A stretch of 64,000 bases of DNA from an uncultured Planctomycetia bacterium (GCA_964597545.1 CAZQXN010000010.1:140-64139); one strand, 5' to 3'; counted from the stretch's first letter, positions 37,026 to 45,585 are shown. Numbers and translations are program-made. Notes: generated from the letters alone by a model not told the origin.

Positions 37026-37196
37026 CTAAGATCGTTTGCGGCTTTCTCTCAGTTTTCGCCGCCGGACCACAGAGGGTTTCTCGTAATGCTTGCGTGCCCG
37101 GACGACTTTCAATATCCCTTCACGCTCGACTTTCTTTTTCAGTCGCTTGAGGGCTCGCTCTAGAGGCTCATTGTCTCGCACTTCAACTACTGGCAT
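37026..37196 (-). CDS. rpsU: 30S ribosomal protein S21 (not in ORF track)
   Basis: MPVVEVRDNEPLERALKRLKKKVEREGILKVVRARKHYEKPSVVRRRKLRESRKRS; SD AAGGAG upstream. Confidence 0.97.
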   Translation of the reverse strand: MPVVEVRDNEPLERALKRLKKKVEREGILKVVRARKHYEKPSVVRRRKLRESRKRS

Positions 37197-37224
37197 AAAT
37201 GTCGTAACTCCTTGTAAGAGTAAT

Positions 37225-37253
37225 AGGATACCTTAACCCGAAGCCACCGTCAA
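37225..37253 (-). promoter_or_regulatory. sigma70 promoter of the rpsU operon
   Basis: TTGACG-N17-TATCCT. Confidence 0.6.
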
Positions 37254-37255
37254 GC

Positions 37256-37293
37256 TGTACCCGGTACCGTTGTTGATAAGTGTACCCGGTACC
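37256..37293. repeat. two GTACCCGGTACC units (same family as 33437-33548)
   Basis: TGTACCCGGTACC-GTTGTTGATAAG-TGTACCCGGTACC. Confidence 0.8.
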
Positions 37294-37305
37294 GGGGTTG
37301 AGAGG

Positions 37306-37968
37306 TTAATCCAGGCGGTATTTGACCAGGAAATCGTAGGAGGTCTTGCCCTGCTTCATCAACTTCGAAAAAGCAGGGTAAGGGGCGGCCGAGCGCATAC
37401 CGGCCAGTGCGGCTTTTCGCAGACGGGGATCAGAGGCCTTAATCACCTTGGCTGAGCGTAACTTCCCCTTGGGATCCAACACCACCTGCAGCCGGACTGT
37501 CCCCTGCACCCAGAAGGCTGGATAGCGCAAGTGGGCCCTGAGGTGCTCTCGAACCTGCTCCTTGTGCTCAAAAGCAGCAAGTTCTCCCTCTGGCAAGAAC
37601 CCTCCTGAGGCTGGGGCATGGCCCGCTGTAGGAGGCAATACCGGCTCTTCGGAGACTTCGGCCTTGCGCTTCTTTGAAGCGGCAACCTGTCTCTTCTCTC
37701 TGGGGGGCTTAACAACTGGCTTGGGGGCTGCAGCTTGCTTGGGTACAGCTGGTTTTTGAGAAACGGCGGTGCCTCGACCCTGCTTGGGAGGAGCAGGCTT
37801 TACCCTGCCAGGGGAGAAATTGGCTTGAAGGCTGTTTCCGGCGGGAATGTAGGAAATCTCAATGGCTTGGAGTGTTCCCCGCTGCGGGACCATTCCCTCG
37901 GGAGGGCGAAAAGAGAGAAATCCCAAATGAATGATCAGCGAACAGAAAGCTGCGGCCTTGAGATTCAC
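37306..37968 (-). CDS. TonB-family energy transducer
   Basis: SLIIH TM motif, Pro/Lys linker, YP..G.V.L...G...AAPYP C-terminal domain. Confidence 0.85.
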   Translation of the reverse strand: MNLKAAAFCSLIIHLGFLSFRPPEGMVPQRGTLQAIEISYIPAGNSLQANFSPGRVKPAPPKQGRGTAVSQKPAVPKQAAAPKPVVKPPREKRQVAASKKRKAEVSEEPVLPPTAGHAPASGGFLPEGELAAFEHKEQVREHLRAHLRYPAFWVQGTVRLQVVLDPKGKLRSAKVIKASDPRLRKAALAGMRSAAPYPAFSKLMKQGKTSYDFLVKYRLD

Positions 37969-37969
37969 C

Positions 37970-38569
37970 CTAAGACTCCGGAGATTGAAAAAGGACGCGC
38001 ACGGTAAAAGCCGCCGTAGGCTTGGACCAAGTGCTCGGCAGCGGTGGAAAGGGTGCTGCAGCCTTGAGGCCTCGACTCGCCACCTCTCTAAGTTGTTGAG
38101 GCATCCCTGCCGAATCAGCTACAGCGCGCGCTTGCTGCAAGTGCCCCTGTCGATCCACAATGAAATGAAGTAGCACCGCACCCTCAACACCACTGAGCGG
38201 GAATCGAATCTCTCGCCCAATCTTAGAACGAAGCTGCTCCAGATAAGGCTGGAGGGCCACTGGATGCTCTCCGGGACGGGGCGAAGGGGTCTCAAGCGCT
38301 CGGGTCTCTTTGACCCTTGTCGTAAGCGGCTCATCGGAATTGAGCCTGCGGGGCACAGCAGTGGGTTTGGGCTGAGCAAGTTGGAGTGCGGGACCAGTTG
38401 TCCCGATGTAGATAAACTCCGCCTCAACCGCTTGAGGGGGATGCGGCTTCAACTGCTCCAACCAACCCCAGCCGGTCGCTGCCCAGGCAGCGCCGGCATG
38501 GAGCAGACAGGAGAGTAGAAGCGCTACTCGGAAGCTGTGACCGTTACGGTCGAACGTCGGGCGAGCCAT
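37970..38569 (-). CDS. second TonB-family protein
   Basis: SCLLH TM motif; C-terminal EG.V.LHF.VD.QG...AAPFPPLP. Confidence 0.85.
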   Translation of the reverse strand: MARPTFDRNGHSFRVALLLSCLLHAGAAWAATGWGWLEQLKPHPPQAVEAEFIYIGTTGPALQLAQPKPTAVPRRLNSDEPLTTRVKETRALETPSPRPGEHPVALQPYLEQLRSKIGREIRFPLSGVEGAVLLHFIVDRQGHLQQARAVADSAGMPQQLREVASRGLKAAAPFPPLPSTWSKPTAAFTVRVLFQSPES

Positions 38570-39042
38570 CGGAGAAATAGCTCAAAGCACCCAAAAAGCA
38601 AAAAGGTATAGGCCAGATCACCAACCAACCCAAAGCGATAGAAGGGAATCCCCGCTACGAAACAGGCGGTGAGCCCCTCAAGGGTCGGTGGATACCACCC
38701 CAGCGCCCAAACGCCGAAGTTGGAGATCAGGAAAAAGAGGGTGGAGCCCGCCAGGGAACCGGCAGCCAACCGCAGGGGGGTGCGGCGCTCACGCAGGAAA
38801 CGGCCGATCAGACCGCTCAAGGCTACCGCCACCCAACCAAACAGATGCACGGCCTTAAGCCCCAGGAAGAGATCCCCTGCCCCAATGGCCAATACCGGAA
38901 CAATCAGGGCCCAGCGCTTGGGCAACACTGCCCCGCAGAAAAGCCCCATTCCGATGATCGGAGCAACATTGGGCGGGTGCGGCAGAAAGCGCGCCACCGC
39001 TGCCACAACAACAAAAAGAATAGCCAGAGAACGCTGCGTCAT
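38524..39042 (-). CDS. DUF6580-like / ECF S-component-like membrane transporter (probably cobalamin-related)
   Basis: RFLPHPPNVAPI, FFLISNFGVW, YP.TLEGL..C..AGIPF; lies in the B12-riboswitch operon. Confidence 0.8.
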   Translation of the reverse strand: MTQRSLAILFVVVAAVARFLPHPPNVAPIIGMGLFCGAVLPKRWALIVPVLAIGAGDLFLGLKAVHLFGWVAVALSGLIGRFLRERRTPLRLAAGSLAGSTLFFLISNFGVWALGWYPPTLEGLTACFVAGIPFYRFGLVGDLAYTFLLFGCFELFLRWLARRSTVTVTASE

Positions 39043-39119
39043 TTCAACCTCCTTGATTGCCCTAAAGAACCTGTTGCTGTTCTATCTTACCATCACAGTT
39101 GCTCAAAGCCCGAACCCAT

Positions 39120-41084
39120 TTACAAATCCCAGCCTACACCGGCCACCCAGGTCCTGGGAGGTGCGGGGTTCTCACCGGTAGAAACCGTGCTTCCATTGGA
39201 GGAGGCAAAGGTCTGGTACTCCTCATCCAAGAGATTGAGTACCTTGAAATAGACCTTCGTTTTGGGAAACTGGTACTCAACGGTACCGTTGACCACCCCG
39301 TACTTGTCAGCCAGCATCTTGTTGTTAAAATCGTTGATCCGAAACTGCTTACCCACCCACAGCGCATCCAGGTCCACAGTGAGTTTCTCGGTCACCGGCA
39401 GGCGCAACCCCCCTGTGATCCGCGCCTTTGGGGTAATGGGCAAAGTGTTGCCGGTATAGGCGCCCTTATGAAACCTGGCCCGGGTCCAACTGAAGGTGAG
39501 GTAGTAGGAGAGAGCTTTAAGTTTTTCCAGAATTCCGCTTACATTGAATTCCAGCCCCGCCCGTGTTGTGGTGTAGTTGGCATTGGCCCAAGTGGTGGCA
39601 TCATAAAGAATCTCATCCTTGGTATGCACCACGAACCCGGCTACCTTGACCTTGGCCCAGGGGGCAGCCTTCCAGCGCACCCCGCCTTCGTAGTGATCTG
39701 CCTGCTGAGGCTTGAGGGTAACCGCATCGTTGTAGGGCGGCAGCGGTGCATCCAGGTCATCAATGTTGGGCGCCTTAAAGGCCCGGGCCGCGCTCCCATA
39801 CAGATTCAAGCGGTCACTGAGCTTGTAGTTGATGCCAAGCTTGGGGCTTCTCCCGGAAAAGCGCAAAACCCCGGAGAAGGCCGGCCAGGTCAGATCCTCA
39901 TCATACCGGCTCTTGTCGTACCGGAAACCCAGCGTTACCGTGAGCCTCTCCAGCAATTCAATCGCCTCCTCCACAAAGAGCCCATAGATCCATCGGTTCG
40001 ACTCGGATTTGGTGGCGGTTCGGTTCCCGGTCACTGCTTTGTCCTTGGCCCAATCCACGCCAAAGATGGTCGTCGCACCCCAGCCCTCTGCCGAAAACTC
40101 ATGACTGGCACGTAACCCTGCGCCGAAGGTAGAGGTGATCGTCCCAAACCGGGCGGGCGTGACTGAGTCTACCTCCCGCTTGTGGAGAAAGAGGTTGCTG
40201 ACCACTGTCCAGGAATCGTTGAGCCGGCGAGTCAGGCTCAGGGAAGCCGAGCGCTGCCAATCATCAAAGAGGCCAGGGAATGATCCAGCCCCCTTGCGGT
40301 TCTGTTCAACAGTCGCTGTGGTAAGCCCACCCGAATAACCGCTGGTATCTTCGTGGTTGGTCAGATGAAGGTCGATCTGCGTCTCTGGGGTGGGACTCCA
40401 GCCGGCAAAGAGATTTGCGGTGGTACCCCGAGATTTTATGCGATCCCGGTAGCCGCCCCCCTCCATCCGGGTCACCCCTAAGCTGTAGGAGACCTCACTC
40501 AAACGACCCTGCATCAGTGCGGTAGACCGGTGATGAAGATAGCTGCCAATCTCTGAGGAGCCCTCAAACTCGAGGGGTTTCTCCCCCCCCTGCTTTGTGA
40601 CGATGTTGATCACACCGCTCAAGGCCCCTTCCCCGTAAATGGTCCCGCCGCCGCCTCGGAGAATCTCAATGCGCTCGACCTGCTCCATGGGAATGGCCAG
40701 CCAGTGAACCTCGTCCCCGGTGATCCGGTTCTGGCGCACACCGTTGACCAAAACCAAGGCGCCGGTCCGGGAGCTGTTGACAAACCCGCGTAAGTTGAGC
40801 CCCGAATCGGCCCCAAGCCCAAACCCACGCGAGTCAATAAGGCTGACCCCCTCGTACTGTGCCAGCAAATCCGGAAGGTTCGCAGCCCCTGAGGCGGTAA
40901 TCTCCTCTTCAGAAACAACGGTGACATTGCCTGGGAAGGCCGATTCTTGGATCTGAAGACCCGGGATGCGCCGTGGGGTAATGAGGAGATCGCCTAAGGA
41001 GACTGCCTCTTCGGCAGCTGAAACTACCGGTGGGAAAAACGTGAGCGCGGCCCCGATGATCAGGGCCTTAAAACAAAAATTCAT
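39120..41084 (-). CDS. TonB-dependent receptor (BtuB-like)
   Basis: Signal peptide, plug domain LRG..LVLVNG..IERIEILRG...YG..A.SGVINIVTK, C-terminal RTWVAGVGWDL; downstream of a cobalamin riboswitch. Confidence 0.93.
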   Translation of the reverse strand: MNFCFKALIIGAALTFFPPVVSAAEEAVSLGDLLITPRRIPGLQIQESAFPGNVTVVSEEEITASGAANLPDLLAQYEGVSLIDSRGFGLGADSGLNLRGFVNSSRTGALVLVNGVRQNRITGDEVHWLAIPMEQVERIEILRGGGGTIYGEGALSGVINIVTKQGGEKPLEFEGSSEIGSYLHHRSTALMQGRLSEVSYSLGVTRMEGGGYRDRIKSRGTTANLFAGWSPTPETQIDLHLTNHEDTSGYSGGLTTATVEQNRKGAGSFPGLFDDWQRSASLSLTRRLNDSWTVVSNLFLHKREVDSVTPARFGTITSTFGAGLRASHEFSAEGWGATTIFGVDWAKDKAVTGNRTATKSESNRWIYGLFVEEAIELLERLTVTLGFRYDKSRYDEDLTWPAFSGVLRFSGRSPKLGINYKLSDRLNLYGSAARAFKAPNIDDLDAPLPPYNDAVTLKPQQADHYEGGVRWKAAPWAKVKVAGFVVHTKDEILYDATTWANANYTTTRAGLEFNVSGILEKLKALSYYLTFSWTRARFHKGAYTGNTLPITPKARITGGLRLPVTEKLTVDLDALWVGKQFRINDFNNKMLADKYGVVNGTVEYQFPKTKVYFKVLNLLDEEYQTFASSNGSTVSTGENPAPPRTWVAGVGWDL

Positions 41085-41124
41085 GATTCACCTCCCTCGA
41101 GTGAAATCGATTTATTTTAGAGAG

Positions 41125-41292
41125 GCATCGCGAGGTCTCCTGGCTTCCGTTCTTCCTACTTTCCGCGCCTTCCCACCCTAAGTACTAAAGGGTCAGACCC
41201 TTTGGTACATGAGCAGTGGCATTTGTGCGGATTTCGTCCCGGTTACAGTTGCGGGGCAGCGCCTGCTTTTACAGGCTTCCCTGACACGATGC
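41125..41292 (-). promoter_or_regulatory. cobalamin riboswitch
   Basis: Minus strand AGGGAA..GCTGCCCCGCAACTGTAA..GCCACTG..GGGAAGG..AAGCCAGGAGACCT, closed by the GCATCGTG/CGCGATGC P1 stem. Confidence 0.93.
41182..41208. repeat. GGGTCWGACCC palindrome inside the riboswitch
   Basis: GTACTAAAGGGTCAGACCCTTTGGTAC. Confidence 0.88.
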
Positions 41293-41313
41293 TGCTATCC
41301 AAATTGTGGAATG

Positions 41314-41343
41314 GTTGTACAACAAGCGGGGCAATGCAGTCAA
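41314..41343 (-). promoter_or_regulatory. putative promoter of the riboswitch/receptor operon
   Basis: TTGACT-N18-TACAAC. Confidence 0.4.
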
Positions 41344-41350
41344 GCAGTAA

Positions 41351-44300
41351 TTACGCGTAAACCGCGTGAATGAGCTGACCCTGCTCATCCTCGACGGTAA
41401 CAAAGCGAAGATTCAATAGTTGCCTAACGGTGAGATTCTTATTGATATTCAAAACCACCCAGGCCAAAGGATGCAAAGCCTCCATCTCTTGAATCGAAAA
41501 AGCCTGCATCCGAACCCCATCGACAGAGCCTGCCGGCGCAACCAGCATCCAATCGTAAGCTCCCAGGCCCGGCGGACGAATGAGGCTGGGGCGGTTACTA
41601 AGCAGATCCCGCAAATCCTCCTTGTGAACAACAAAGTCCATTCCTTTCGCCGGACGCTGGCGAAGGTGCCTGTAGATCGCCCGCCCAGCGGCCAATCTTA
41701 AGCTTGGGTCGGCAAACAGGGTAAAGCGCCCGGGAATCACTGGAGTCACCTCCCCTGCCGCTTGGATCTCAACCCGCTGCTGTTCGGTCAGTTGGCCGCC
41801 GTACTGCTCAAGGAAGGGATCGGCCTGAATCGTCTGATCCCTTCCAAAAACCCGGTCCTGCCACCACGGCTGCTGCGCCACGGCGGCCGCCATACCGCCA
41901 ACAGTTGCTGCATGCAGGACTTGCCGACGGGTCATCTCTGCAGAAGCCACCATACCACCACCGGTGGCTCCCTGTGGGTTGGACTGCCGAATCATCTCTT
42001 GAGCGGCTGCTATAGCGCCGCTCGTGACTGCCTGTAAGGTTGACTGCCGAATCATCTCTGCAGCGGCTGCCCGCATTGCCCTTTCATCCCCCTCCTCCAA
42101 GCCGGAGGAAAGGATGTCGTTGTCAGAAATAAGGGAGCAGTCTTCTGCTGTAGTAATCTGGAACATCTGTTCGTCTCCCAAATCAAATTGAATGGAGCTT
42201 AAGCCTCTCTCGTCATCGGCAATCAAGCTGGCGCTGGCAATACCACCCGCATCATCCACAGCATTGAAGAACTCGCGAATGGCCTTGGCACTCTTAGCCG
42301 GGTCTGCACCAAAGCCGGGACCGAGCAACAGCGTTGCTTTGCGATCCGGCTTTAATTCGAAAAACCTTCCATGCCGCACATCCACAAACAGCCCCCCCTC
42401 GGCGATGTCGTATGCCAATAGGCGGTAGTCGGCAGGAGCTCCCGGAAGTCCAGGGCGATCTACAACTGATGGTAACACCTGCTCCGGTCTCCCTGCTCCA
42501 ACCCAATCCACCGCTTCAATGGCGCCTGCGCCATCCACATGAATCAGGAATGGGATTTCATTTGTCTGCGTAACGTGGTCTGCCAAACGTCGGTGAAACT
42601 CGGTAAAGCCGTCCGACTCCTGCACGGAGGGCAAGACAGGAATCAAGGCAATGCGCTGGCTTTTCTTGTCAAGGGCAACAGGGCCCTCGCGAACCAGCTG
42701 GCCACCGATCTCCAGCTCAACAGGATGGTTGGCGTCAGTCCATCCCAGAGAGACAGAAAAAGTTACGGTGCGCGGCTCAGAGCGCAAGTCCCGATCCAGG
42801 ATGGTTAGGATCACGGCCTGTTCCTGAACGGCCTGGAGCGACAGGGGTGTGTCCTGAGCGCTACGCAAAAGATCAATCACGATTCGCTCGGGAAACAGAA
42901 GCACAACTTGCCCAATCTTAATCGGGACCGAGATTCCCCCCGTGCTTATCGACCCAGTTCGCTGTTGTTCCAAAGAGGCAAGTCGATCCTGCAGAAAACC
43001 AGCCAGCCTGTCAGGACCCCCGTCTCGCAGCTTTGACTCGAGGAAATCTTTTTTCGCAATGACGGTTCGAGCCAACGAATCCCTTACATACAGCGTTGGG
43101 CCACCCAGCGTCCCATGCCCTTGCCTAAGAAAGCCTTTGCCCTCCAAAACAGCATCGAGTCCCACCTCATGCTCGCCAACCTCCAATGTCACAATAGCTG
43201 CCTGAAACGGAAGCGTAAGCCGGACTTCCTCCAAGCCGGAGGTGGGTTGTTTAACTTGCCTGATCTCAACGCGCTTGGGAGCTTCTGCCCACTGATCAGG
43301 ACGCTTCATCGGGAAGAACAACTCACCATCGGGGTCTTCAGGGGGGGCCAAAATCACCATACTGTATCGGCCTGAAATAAAGATGTTGTCCCCATAAACC
43401 CGCTGCATCGCCAGATCAAGCTCACCCCCACGCTCTTCGTCGATATCGGCTCCATCCAACACCTCAGCAGGACTTTTTGCTGTCGCGTTCTCATACAGAT
43501 AGATTTTCATGCTCGAGGGATGGTTTTCTAGGATATCCTTTCTCACGTCGGAATATGGATTCCGCGACAAATTTACCATCTCATTTGTCAGCTCCTCATC
43601 GCCTTCCTCCAAGCCGGTGGAGTGAGGTGTCCGAGAAACCGATCGGAAATGCGGCTGGGGAACAACAGAGTTTCGGAACTGACGATTTAAGGATGGGAGG
43701 ATGGTTTCTGTGAGCACTCTATCCTCGAAAGCGTCATGATGCCCTCTGCTTCTGGGTAACGCCTCTCTTGGCTCAAAAAGGAATAGCCTGTCGTCATTAA
43801 ATCTCGCCTGGAGGATCCGCTCATGTCGCCCGACATTGGGAGCGTAGACACCAATCAAAACATCTTCAGATATGCCAACCTGCATAGCATCGATGAGCGT
43901 TACGCCTTGGGGTGCTTCGGCACCACTATGGAAATCAAGATCCAACAGGATAATGGCATCGTAGGGCCCGGTTTTCTTCCATGCACTCGCAAAAGCCGGG
44001 CCGGTGTTCGTAACGTAATCCACACGGATGCCTGAACGACCGTGATCGCGAAGCCACTCAGACGTCATCTCTTCGTACACTTGCCCATCACGGGTAGTGC
44101 AGGCAACGATCAAAACCCGCCGCAGCCCCTCCTCCTGGCCGGCGGCAGAGCCTGTTGTGAGGAAACTGAAGGTGCGCCGGGCAATATCCGATTGCAAATC
44201 AGGCGATAGAATAGAATCAAACGAGGTCAGCTTAGAACCGAGCATGTCGGTAGCTTGAGCCTTAGCATTGACAAGGTCTGTAATGTTACGCGTTGTAGCT

Positions 44301-45571
44301 TGTGGTTGCATGTTTGCGTGGATGACTCCGCCGCCTTGCGCAACAGATTGTGCTATCAGCGTTGAGGCTGCCATCAAGTAAAGTGCGCGTCCTGCCTGGG
44401 TTTGACCTCGGCCCAAGATCTCCGGAATCGCTTGTAAGATGCGGTCGGCAGCTCCGGAGTCGATCTTGTAAAAGATGTCGGGCAATTGTCCGGCACGCCG
44501 CATCTCATCAAAACGACCAAGAATATCCTCAAGAGATATATCCATTTCGAACGTCCCTGCACCCATGAGATCCTCCATGGCACGGATAACTGCCACTGAA
44601 ACCACAGCCATGTCCCTTGGATGGACAGCTCCGGGCCAGTCTTTCCAGACAGTCGGCTGCTCTTCCTGCCCAGCAGCAGGGGGACCCCCTGATTCATTTT
44701 CCCCCACATCCTCCTTGGGGAGAAACCGCTGTCGCAGCCTGAGGAATTGATCCACGGCAATGGGTGGCTCTGGCAATCGTTCTGCCGGCGTTACCCTCCC
44801 GTAATCATCAATCAAAAAGACCTGGATAACATGTTCCCTCTCCTGGCCCATTTCATTCTGTCTATTCGCCGCACGGTAACTCACCCCAGGATCCAGATAT
44901 TCGCTTAAGAACTGCTTAAATCCAGCAGGGTTTCTCATGACAACGACGGCTCGTTGGACAACTGGATTTCCGCGAGCATCCTTCCCTTGGAAGGGCGAGC
45001 GCTTCACTGTCGTAACGGTCACGTACCCATCGGGATGAACCCTAAACATGGCGGGATGATCAGCATGCACATCAGGGTCAGGATTCTCTTCGAACGGCTC
45101 GATGTACCACCTGGAGGGAATGGCAAAATCCCGCCCGGTTTTTGAATCATGAACAGCCACCTTGATCTGAATGAAAGGGACCGCCACCAGAGCTTCCCCT
45201 CGGAGTTCCTCGGGGATGTTCAACTGAAGGGTCATATGCAGTGGCGCAAAGTTGGTCTTGGGATTGGGAATATGCGCAGTCAGCGTTGGATCGTCATCTG
45301 CTTGCGGGAGTGGTTGGCGCAGCAGCATTCGTCCGCCTAATGCTGCCAAACCGACTCCGGCAACAGCAATTGCCCACCTTACCAGGAATGATCGACGGGG
45401 TCGTACCTCTTCTAAACCAGAAGAGAGTGCATCGGCAACCAAACCTTGGTCAGCTTGGATGCGGCGCAGGGCAAAGGTGGGGCTCGGCCAAGCCAAGCAA
45501 AGGCTTAACAAAATGGCCAGGGATCTGGCGATAACATTATGCTTCTTTACAGGGCTGAATGGTGTCATCAC
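41351..45571 (-). CDS. large secreted modular protein with six [ST/A]G[LQ]EE linkers
   Basis: 1406-aa ORF; Sec-type signal (SLAILLSLCLAWPSPTFA); linker Gly at aa 52, 301, 478, 653, 779 and 1157. Confidence 0.88.
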   Translation of the reverse strand: MMTPFSPVKKHNVIARSLAILLSLCLAWPSPTFALRRIQADQGLVADALSSGLEEVRPRRSFLVRWAIAVAGVGLAALGGRMLLRQPLPQADDDPTLTAHIPNPKTNFAPLHMTLQLNIPEELRGEALVAVPFIQIKVAVHDSKTGRDFAIPSRWYIEPFEENPDPDVHADHPAMFRVHPDGYVTVTTVKRSPFQGKDARGNPVVQRAVVVMRNPAGFKQFLSEYLDPGVSYRAANRQNEMGQEREHVIQVFLIDDYGRVTPAERLPEPPIAVDQFLRLRQRFLPKEDVGENESGGPPAAGQEEQPTVWKDWPGAVHPRDMAVVSVAVIRAMEDLMGAGTFEMDISLEDILGRFDEMRRAGQLPDIFYKIDSGAADRILQAIPEILGRGQTQAGRALYLMAASTLIAQSVAQGGGVIHANMQPQATTRNITDLVNAKAQATDMLGSKLTSFDSILSPDLQSDIARRTFSFLTTGSAAGQEEGLRRVLIVACTTRDGQVYEEMTSEWLRDHGRSGIRVDYVTNTGPAFASAWKKTGPYDAIILLDLDFHSGAEAPQGVTLIDAMQVGISEDVLIGVYAPNVGRHERILQARFNDDRLFLFEPREALPRSRGHHDAFEDRVLTETILPSLNRQFRNSVVPQPHFRSVSRTPHSTGLEEGDEELTNEMVNLSRNPYSDVRKDILENHPSSMKIYLYENATAKSPAEVLDGADIDEERGGELDLAMQRVYGDNIFISGRYSMVILAPPEDPDGELFFPMKRPDQWAEAPKRVEIRQVKQPTSGLEEVRLTLPFQAAIVTLEVGEHEVGLDAVLEGKGFLRQGHGTLGGPTLYVRDSLARTVIAKKDFLESKLRDGGPDRLAGFLQDRLASLEQQRTGSISTGGISVPIKIGQVVLLFPERIVIDLLRSAQDTPLSLQAVQEQAVILTILDRDLRSEPRTVTFSVSLGWTDANHPVELEIGGQLVREGPVALDKKSQRIALIPVLPSVQESDGFTEFHRRLADHVTQTNEIPFLIHVDGAGAIEAVDWVGAGRPEQVLPSVVDRPGLPGAPADYRLLAYDIAEGGLFVDVRHGRFFELKPDRKATLLLGPGFGADPAKSAKAIREFFNAVDDAGGIASASLIADDERGLSSIQFDLGDEQMFQITTAEDCSLISDNDILSSGLEEGDERAMRAAAAEMIRQSTLQAVTSGAIAAAQEMIRQSNPQGATGGGMVASAEMTRRQVLHAATVGGMAAAVAQQPWWQDRVFGRDQTIQADPFLEQYGGQLTEQQRVEIQAAGEVTPVIPGRFTLFADPSLRLAAGRAIYRHLRQRPAKGMDFVVHKEDLRDLLSNRPSLIRPPGLGAYDWMLVAPAGSVDGVRMQAFSIQEMEALHPLAWVVLNINKNLTVRQLLNLRFVTVEDEQGQLIHAVYA
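41881..42070. repeat. 60-bp degenerate tandem repeat (3 units) within the modular protein
   Basis: AAEMIRQSTLQAVTSGAIAA / AQEMIRQSNPQGATGGGMVA / SAEMTRRQVLHAATVGGMAA. Confidence 0.88.
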
Positions 45572-45585
45572 GGGTAAGGTACAGT

